Source: Gammaproteobacteria bacterium (GTDB taxonomy: Bacteria > Pseudomonadota > Gammaproteobacteria > UBA6429 > Thiohalophilaceae). Taken from it: DNA of 64,000 nucleotides. The notes beneath the pieces were generated by a model. It did not search any database. It was not told the DNA's origin and saw only the letters and a list, made by a program, of their open reading frames with translations. A program made the position numbers and the translations under genes. Below, piece after piece: positions 57,983 to 64,000 of this stretch (position 1 is its first letter; every line of letters starts with the position of its first letter). The stretch lies in the NCBI GenBank assembly GCA_015491815.1, contig WFVC01000038.1, positions 2,095 through 66,094 on the forward strand. The letters are read 5' to 3'.

Positions 57983-59730
57983 GCCGCCACCTTTCTGTTT
58001 TCAATTAGCCAGATAAACGCATCTTCCATGCTCGGATCAGGAATTGTTGAACTGCGCGCCAGCGCCTTCATATCCCGAGGCGCGCCTTCCGCCAGCACCT
58101 CGCCTTCCGCCATAATCACCAGTCGATCACAGTAGTTGGCTTCTTCCATAAAATGCGTGGTCACCAGAACGGTCACCCCGGTTTCCGCCAGCGCATTGGT
58201 CCAGGCCCAGAATTCCCGCCGCGCCAGCGGATCGACGCCCGACGTAGGTTCATCCAGAAACAGGATCTCCGGTTCATGCATCAGGGCGGCGGCAAAAGAA
58301 AGACGCTGCCGGTAACCCAGCGGCAATATCCCCGCATTCGTGTCCCGATAATCTTCAAGTTCGAAAGTGCTTAACGCCCATTCAAGCCGCTCACGCTGTT
58401 GCCGGTTGCGCAGGCCATAGGCGCTGGAGAAAAAACGCAAATTCTGAATCACGGAAAGATTGGTATAAAGAGAAAACTTCTGCGCCATGTAGCCAATGTG
58501 ACTGCGGGCGCGGGCTGCGGCCGTGCGCAGATCATGACCGGCCACCGCCAGTTTTCCCGAGCTGGCCGGCAACAAACCGCAAAGCATGCGAAAGGTCGTC
58601 GATTTGCCTGCACCATTAGCGCCAAGCAGGCCGAATATCTCCCCGCGCCTGACGCTAAAACTGACATGGTTCACCGCGACAAACTCACCGAAACGACGCA
58701 CCAGATCCTTTACCTGAATAATCTCATCCGAGGCCGCGCCTGTCGCGGCTTTTACAGGCAGAACAGGATTTTTTCCGCTTTGTTCTGAATGAGGTTTAAG
58801 CTTCGCCACAAAGGCGTCTTCAAAATGCGGAGCCAACGGTTTTATTTTGAGTCCTGTTTCATTCGCCAATAAATCGGCCCCGGCAACCGTCCCCTCCTCC
58901 ATCACCAGGCGTACAGATTCACCTTCGATCAGCGCATCCAGCACCCCCGGCGCATGACTCAGTTTCGCCTGCAAGCCACGCACGCTCTGATCAACCACAT
59001 CAGGATCGGCAATCCTAACCTGAAACACACGGCCATTCACTTCATCGCTGAATGTCTGCGGTTGTCCCTGCCCCAGCATCCGACCTTCATGCAACAGGAT
59101 CACTTCATCACAACGTTCGGCTTCATCCAGATAAGCGGTGCTGAGTAACACTGTCATCCCCGCCTCCTGCACCTGTTGATAAACAATATGCCAGAGTTCA
59201 CGTCGAGAAACAGGATCGACGCCAACCGTCGGTTCGTCCAGCAATAATAATTGCGGTGAACGCACCAGCGTGCAGGCCAGTCCCAGTTTCTGTTTCATGC
59301 CACCGGATAACCGCCCGGCCAGACGCGTCGTAAAAGGCGCAAGGCCGGTCATCTGCATCAATGTGTCATAACGCGCCGCGCGTTGCGATCGGGGAACATT
59401 CTGCAGATCCGCATACAGTTCCAGATTTTCCTGTACGCTCAAATCTTCGTACAGGCCAAAGCGCTGAGGCATGTAGCCCACCTGCGACTGCACTTTCAGA
59501 GGATGGCGACGAACATCGACGCCCAGCACTTCAAGCTCTCCTTCATCGGCAAGCAGCAAGCCTGCAGCCAAACGCATGAGGGTGGTCTTACCCGCGCCAT
59601 CCGGGCCAATTAACCCTGTTACTCGCCCCGGTTTAAGCGCAAAGCTCACTTTATCCAGCGCCTGCGCCTGTCGGCCATCACGCTGAAAGCATTTACTGAG
59701 ATGAGAAGAAATCAGCGCTGGAGAGTTCAT
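57979..59730 (-). CDS. ABC transporter ATP-binding protein with two fused NBDs (YbhF-like)
   Basis: It has two Walker A motifs (GPDGAGKTT, GANGAGKST), two LSGG signatures (LSGGMKQKL; LPLGYRQRL, degenerate) and two Walker B motifs (LLLLDEPT, ILFLDEPT). Confidence 0.9.
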   Translation of the reverse strand: MNSPALISSHLSKCFQRDGRQAQALDKVSFALKPGRVTGLIGPDGAGKTTLMRLAAGLLLADEGELEVLGVDVRRHPLKVQSQVGYMPQRFGLYEDLSVQENLELYADLQNVPRSQRAARYDTLMQMTGLAPFTTRLAGRLSGGMKQKLGLACTLVRSPQLLLLDEPTVGVDPVSRRELWHIVYQQVQEAGMTVLLSTAYLDEAERCDEVILLHEGRMLGQGQPQTFSDEVNGRVFQVRIADPDVVDQSVRGLQAKLSHAPGVLDALIEGESVRLVMEEGTVAGADLLANETGLKIKPLAPHFEDAFVAKLKPHSEQSGKNPVLPVKAATGAASDEIIQVKDLVRRFGEFVAVNHVSFSVRRGEIFGLLGANGAGKSTTFRMLCGLLPASSGKLAVAGHDLRTAAARARSHIGYMAQKFSLYTNLSVIQNLRFFSSAYGLRNRQQRERLEWALSTFELEDYRDTNAGILPLGYRQRLSFAAALMHEPEILFLDEPTSGVDPLARREFWAWTNALAETGVTVLVTTHFMEEANYCDRLVIMAEGEVLAEGAPRDMKALARSSTIPDPSMEDAFIWLIENRKVAA

Positions 59731-59794
59731 TGTATTGTTCCGTCCAAGTATAAAGTTTCAAATACCAGGGGCTGTTTGAAAATACATATTGCAT

Positions 59795-59837
59795 GTACGA
59801 CTTCAGTCGTACATGTGCGGCTGAAATCACACCTACA
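59795..59837 (+). repeat. REP-like hairpin doublet (locus R4)
   Basis: GTACGACTTCAGTCGTAC followed by ATGTGCGGCTGAAATCACACCTACA, between hlyD and the ABC ATPase gene. Confidence 0.7.
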
Positions 59838-59879
59838 GGCTATGCCATGCATTCATAAGTGCACTGGTATTTGGAACTT

Positions 59880-60917
59880 TCATTTAGCCTCGCAGTTTTT
59901 GTCGGCGATATCCTGATTCACCGGCGCTTGATCAATCGCAATATGCACCGTTGCCGGCATGCCCAGACGTAATTCATCCTGCGGATTACAGGCAAAAATA
60001 CGCACCGAGTAAACCAGCCGGGTGCGCAATTCCGGCGTTTGTACATTCTTCGGCGTAAACTCGGCGGTCGGTGAAATATAACCCACCCAGCCCGGATAAG
60101 CCCGGCCCGGAAAACTGTCAGTATAAATCATGGCCTTTGAACCAAGGGTGATTTTTCCAAGCATGGGTTCCGGCAAATAGGCGCGCACCCAGACCGGATT
60201 AATAAACGCCAGCGTCAACGCCGGTGTCTGCGGAAAAGCCATATCACCCGGTTCGAGAATACGATTGCGGATCACACCCTCGGTCGGCGCGTACAGGTTG
60301 GCGTCATCCAGTTGTTGTTCGGCCAGAATCACCGCCGCCTTGCGTCTGGCGAGTTCGGCCTGTGCGATCGCAATGTCTTCCTTACGCGGCCCCAGCTCCA
60401 GCAAATTCAAGGCCTGCTTCACCGCTTCCATTTCCGCTTTGGCTGAATCTGCTGCGGCGCGGGCGTTTTCGACATCTTCAGGCGAAACCAGTTTTTTCTT
60501 CAACATCGGCAACAGCCGTTTATACGTCGCGCGAGCAGAAGTAGCCCGGGCTTTGGCGGCATTGAGTTCGGCTCGCGCCTTACTGATTTCCTCCTTCCGA
60601 CTGCCTGCCTGCAATTTATTCAGATTCTGGCGCTGGGCTTCCCATTGCGCCTGTGCTTCGGCCAGCCGCGCCCGTAGAATTTCGGTATGCAACCGCGCAA
60701 GCAACTGTCCCTTTTTAACGCGATCGCCTTCCTGTACAAAAACTGTCTCGATATGTTCACTACTGTTAAACGCCAGCTGTGCTTCGCGAATGTCCACATT
60801 ACCATAAAGGATCAATATATTTTGATCACCGTTCTGCTGCCGCTGCCAGTAATAAATGACGCCAACCCCCAGAACAAGTATTAAGGCAAACAGAAAAAAT
60901 TTTTTATTCATTCGCAT
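59880..60917 (-). CDS. HlyD-family membrane fusion protein (YbhG-like)
   Basis: It has an N-terminal TM, lipoyl-like motifs (VQEGDRVKKGQLLARL), a long coiled coil and a beta-barrel domain. The ATG at 60917 follows AAAGGAAAG; the track start is 60938. Confidence 0.8.
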   Translation of the reverse strand: MRMNKKFFLFALILVLGVGVIYYWQRQQNGDQNILILYGNVDIREAQLAFNSSEHIETVFVQEGDRVKKGQLLARLHTEILRARLAEAQAQWEAQRQNLNKLQAGSRKEEISKARAELNAAKARATSARATYKRLLPMLKKKLVSPEDVENARAAADSAKAEMEAVKQALNLLELGPRKEDIAIAQAELARRKAAVILAEQQLDDANLYAPTEGVIRNRILEPGDMAFPQTPALTLAFINPVWVRAYLPEPMLGKITLGSKAMIYTDSFPGRAYPGWVGYISPTAEFTPKNVQTPELRTRLVYSVRIFACNPQDELRLGMPATVHIAIDQAPVNQDIADKNCEAK

Positions 60918-61102
60918 CTTTCCTTTGTTGCTTCGCATTCATATACAGGGCTAAAACCGTAGCCATAGAGCCGGCCATGCATTTATGCGTGAACTCATAG
61001 CTGGAACAGGTAAATAGTGATAAAACATTAACACAGGCGCTGTTATCCGTCACCGAGAAACATGGGTTGAGTAGAAATATACAGAGAAAAAATATTTCAG
61101 CA

Positions 61103-61118
61103 TGTCACCTGCATGACA
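61103..61118 (-). promoter_or_regulatory. Operator-like site S7: TGTCATGCAGGTGACA (read on the minus strand; half-sites TGTCA-N6-TGACA)
   Basis: It lies in the 405-bp divergent region between the hlyD operon and the response regulator gene. Confidence 0.5.
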
Positions 61119-61343
61119 CTCTGACAAACTTCACGCCGGTAAACTATTATTCAATAGAGTAGGAATACATGAGTTATCGTCAGCAACAATAAAACCAGAC
61201 TTCAAATTAACAGTGAGTTGGAGATTAAAAATATTTAATCTTTTATCCATACTCTTTTTAGCCACGAGGCGGTATGCTGAAAACCGAGCCGAACACTGAT
61301 CCAAACAGGAAATCCCGGCCTTCGCTTTCCTGAGATAAATCAC

Positions 61344-62033
61344 ATGCGCATTCTTGTCATCGAAGACGATATCGAAACAGCCAATTACATAGCCAAAGGC
61401 CTGAAAGAGCATGGTCATACCGTCGATCAAGCTCATGATGGTAAAGACGGCCTGTTTATGGCGCTGGAAAACAACTACGCCATCATCATCCTTGATCGTA
61501 TGCTACCTGCGCTCGACGGCCTCTCGATTCTGAAAACCCTGCGCAGCTCTGACAAACAGACGCCGGTCATCATTCTCAGCGCGCTGGGTGAAGTGGATGA
61601 CCGGGTCGAGGGTCTGAAGGCGGGCGGCGATGATTATCTGGTCAAACCCTTCGCTTTTTCCGAATTGCTGGCGCGCATCGACGCCCTGCTGCGACGCGGA
61701 GAAATTAAACCCGATAGCAGCCTGCTGAAGGTGGCGGATCTGGAGCTGGATCGCCTGAGCCACGCAGTCAAACGGGCGGGCAAACCCATTGATCTGCAAC
61801 CGCGCGAATATCTGATCCTCGAGTACCTTATGCAACACGCCGGGCAGATCGTCACTCGCACCATGTTACTGGAAAGCGTCTGGGATTATCACTTCGATCC
61901 ACAGACCAACATCATCGATGTACACATCAGCCGCCTGCGCAACAAGATCGACAGGGATTTTACTCCGCCCCTGCTGCAGACCGTGCGCGGTGCGGGCTAT
62001 TGTCTGCGCGAGCCGACCTCGGAAGCCGGATAA
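61344..62033 (+). CDS. OmpR-family response regulator (CusR/CopR-like)
   Basis: It has the receiver MRILVIEDD...ILDRMLP.LDG and the winged-helix region ESVWDYHFDPQTNIIDVHISRLRNKID...TVRGAGY. Confidence 0.85.
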   Translation: MRILVIEDDIETANYIAKGLKEHGHTVDQAHDGKDGLFMALENNYAIIILDRMLPALDGLSILKTLRSSDKQTPVIILSALGEVDDRVEGLKAGGDDYLVKPFAFSELLARIDALLRRGEIKPDSSLLKVADLELDRLSHAVKRAGKPIDLQPREYLILEYLMQHAGQIVTRTMLLESVWDYHFDPQTNIIDVHISRLRNKIDRDFTPPLLQTVRGAGYCLREPTSEAG

Positions 62034-62037
62034 CCCC

Positions 62038-63432
62038 ATGCAAACCCGTCTGCTGCGCAGCTTTAGTTTTCGTCTTGCCTTTACCTACATGGCGCTGTTC
62101 GGCGCATCAGTATTGCTGCTGTTGTGGTTTATCTACTGGTCAACCGCAGCCTACATGTCAAGACAGGCGGACGCCACCATCGCCGCCGAAATAACCGGCC
62201 TTTCGGAACGCTACGACATGGACGGTCTCGCCGGTCTGATCGAGGTCATCAACGAACGGCTGTCACGCAAGCCTACCGGCTCATCGATTTATTTACTGAC
62301 CACCGCACTCAACACCCCGGTTGCCGGCAACCTGAGCCGCTGGCCAACAGTAAAATCCGACCGTGATGGCTGGCTCAACTTCCGCCTGGAAAATGCCGGT
62401 CACAATAAAAATGAAATCCATCTGGCCCGGGCGCGCAGTTTCACCCTCTCCGGTGGTTTTCATCTACTGGTTGGGCGTGACATCTACGAACTTGAAGAAA
62501 CCCAGCGGCTCATCATTCACACCTTGATTCTTGGTTTTGTCATCACCCTGGTGTTGGGCGGCATCGGTGGTGTTCTCCTCAGCCGTCGAGTGATGAAACA
62601 TCTGGAAGTCATTAACGCCACCAGTCGCGAGATTATCAACGGCGACCTGTCGCGCCGTATCCCCCTGCAGCACAGCGGCGATGAATTCGATGCACTGGCC
62701 GACAATCTCAACGCCATGCTCGACCGAATCGAAGAACTGATGGAAGGCGTGCGCCGCGTTTCCGACAGCATCGCTCATGATCTGCGCACGCCGTTGGCGA
62801 GGCTGCGCAACCGACTCGAACTGCTACGCACCGAGCAGGAAAAGAACGGTCAGGATCCTACTCAAACCGAACAGGCTATCAGCGAAGCTGATGGTCTGCT
62901 GAAAACATTCAATGCCCTGTTGCGCATCGCCCGAATTGAAACACGGCAACATCGAGAAACTTTCACTGAGGTCGATATGGGCGCCCTGCTCCGGGATGTG
63001 GTTGAACTCTACGAACCACTGGCCGAAGAAAAAAAGCAGTCGCTGAGTCTACAGTTAAAGAATAAACTGCATATACAGGGCGACCGTGATCTGTTATTTC
63101 AGGCCATGGCCAACCTGCTGGATAACGCCATAAAATACACCCCCGTTCATGGAGAAATTAAAATCCGCCTCGATAAACTGGCCGACACGGGCAGAGTCAC
63201 GATCGCGGATAACGGCCCCGGTATTCCCGAAGCCGAGCGCCAACAGGTATTTCAACGCTTTTATCGACTGGAAAAAAGCCGCACCACGCCCGGCAGCGGA
63301 CTGGGCCTGAGTCTGGTAGCCGCGGTAGCGAGGATCCATGACATGAACCTAACGCTGGAAGACAACCATCCCGGTGTTCGAATCCTTTGTGAATTTCCGG
63401 CGTCCCCAAAAGCAAAGATTAACGAATCTTAA
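62038..63432 (+). CDS. Sensor histidine kinase (2 TM, HAMP, HisKA, HATPase_c)
   Basis: It has the H-box SDSIAHDLRTPL, the N-box LLDNAIKYTP, and the G-boxes DNGPGIP and GSGLGLSLV. The ATG at 62038 is 4 nt after the regulator stop; the track ORF start (61918) overlaps the regulator gene. Confidence 0.85.
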   Translation: MQTRLLRSFSFRLAFTYMALFGASVLLLLWFIYWSTAAYMSRQADATIAAEITGLSERYDMDGLAGLIEVINERLSRKPTGSSIYLLTTALNTPVAGNLSRWPTVKSDRDGWLNFRLENAGHNKNEIHLARARSFTLSGGFHLLVGRDIYELEETQRLIIHTLILGFVITLVLGGIGGVLLSRRVMKHLEVINATSREIINGDLSRRIPLQHSGDEFDALADNLNAMLDRIEELMEGVRRVSDSIAHDLRTPLARLRNRLELLRTEQEKNGQDPTQTEQAISEADGLLKTFNALLRIARIETRQHRETFTEVDMGALLRDVVELYEPLAEEKKQSLSLQLKNKLHIQGDRDLLFQAMANLLDNAIKYTPVHGEIKIRLDKLADTGRVTIADNGPGIPEAERQQVFQRFYRLEKSRTTPGSGLGLSLVAAVARIHDMNLTLEDNHPGVRILCEFPASPKAKINES

Positions 63433-63530
63433 TCCTCACTCCACCTTCTGTTAAACCTCGGCAGAGTACTGTTGTATCCGAAGCCTGTATAACAGGCTGA
63501 CAGCGAATTTAATTGAACGAGGACAGTTTT

Positions 63531-64000
63531 ATGAACAAACCAGGCAAAAATTCAGGCATTTGCTTTCTGCTGCTGGCGAGCATGATCTTTGGCGGAAGCA
63601 TAAATCTGGCGGCTGCAGCGACTGTTGATAAATCGACAAACCTTAACGATATCGAAAAACAAATCCGGCAGGCTGATGCGCTGGCGCAAAAAGGCCGTGA
63701 AGCCATGTCAGACATTACCGCCGCGCGTCAACTCCTCATCAAGCATCATGATGAAGAAGCGCGTCAGTATCTAAAAAAAGCGCGGGATGTGCTTGGCAAG
63801 CTAAAAGCAGAGATGAATGATAAAGAAGGCGATAACATCGGCCTGCTCCCCATCTATTCGCAACTGGGAATCAGCAAGGAGGTCGAGATCACTGAAGAAC
63901 TCAGACAGAAACTGGAAACCACCCATCTGGATGTTATCCGCGGCAAACATAAAAAAGTTATCGAAACACTCAAAAATATTAACGTCGAACTACAGTACAG
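63531..64000 (+). CDS. yfdX: YfdX-family periplasmic protein. The 3' end runs off the window.
   Basis: My translation gives MNKPGKNSGICFLLLASMIFGGSINLAAAATVDKS...KGREAMSDITAARQLLIKHHDEEARQYLKKA... This resembles E. coli YfdX (…[30 protein letters not shown]…). A GAGGA SD lies upstream. It is absent from the ORF track because there is no stop in the window. Confidence 0.65.
   Translation, partial: MNKPGKNSGICFLLLASMIFGGSINLAAAATVDKSTNLNDIEKQIRQADALAQKGREAMSDITAARQLLIKHHDEEARQYLKKARDVLGKLKAEMNDKEGDNIGLLPIYSQLGISKEVEITEELRQKLETTHLDVIRGKHKKVIETLKNINVELQY

Noticed and set aside
61918-62037. A 40-codon N-terminal extension of the histidine kinase ORF that overlaps the response regulator gene.
   Set aside because: It is Cys/Arg-rich nonsense in an alternative frame of a well-supported gene. 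The ATG at 62038 gives the expected N-terminus followed by TM1.
63481-63498. The hairpin AGCCTGT-ATA-ACAGGCT after the histidine kinase gene as a terminator.
   Set aside because: It has a 7-bp stem with a 3-nt loop and no following U-tract. That is too weak to call, and yfdX may be co-transcribed.

Overview
This looks like a gammaproteobacterial chromosomal segment. The evidence is the conserved minus-strand block thrS-infC-rpmI-rplT-pheS-pheT-ihfA-merR-tRNA-Pro at 5.0-12.7 kb. The window has six parts. (1) 0-5 kb holds yggX, a radical-SAM/formyltransferase pair, a tri-haem c-type cytochrome and a PEP-CTERM protein. (2) 5-12.7 kb is the translation-factor/aaRS block. (3) 13-38.6 kb is a carbon-storage and fermentation neighbourhood: Crp/Fnr regulator, glgP, glgX, ackA-xfp, lpd-like-pta, ppsA-eno-gpmA and a class I aldolase. 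(4) 38.9-45.4 kb holds an APC permease, a eukaryote-like P3A proton ATPase, and a CMD protein with orphan PDH E1 alpha/beta. (5) 45.6-54.8 kb is an ArsR/P1B-ATPase/CzcCBA metal-efflux module. (6) 54.8-64 kb holds a HlyD/ABC-2 exporter operon, an OmpR-type two-component system and yfdX. Three non-coding signals stand out. First, a 16-bp pseudo-palindrome TGTCAY-N-CAGGT-NNCA occurs eight times, in every case I found between genes. It links the glycogen, phosphoketolase, stress-protein and H+-ATPase genes into a candidate regulon whose likely regulator is encoded between two of the sites. Second, a ~140-180 bp MITE family (five copies) marks module boundaries and sits in 5' leaders. Third, a REP-like hairpin-doublet family occurs at four loci. 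I found no rRNA, CRISPR array, transposase or prophage genes. All functional calls come from reading the translations by eye, with no database search.
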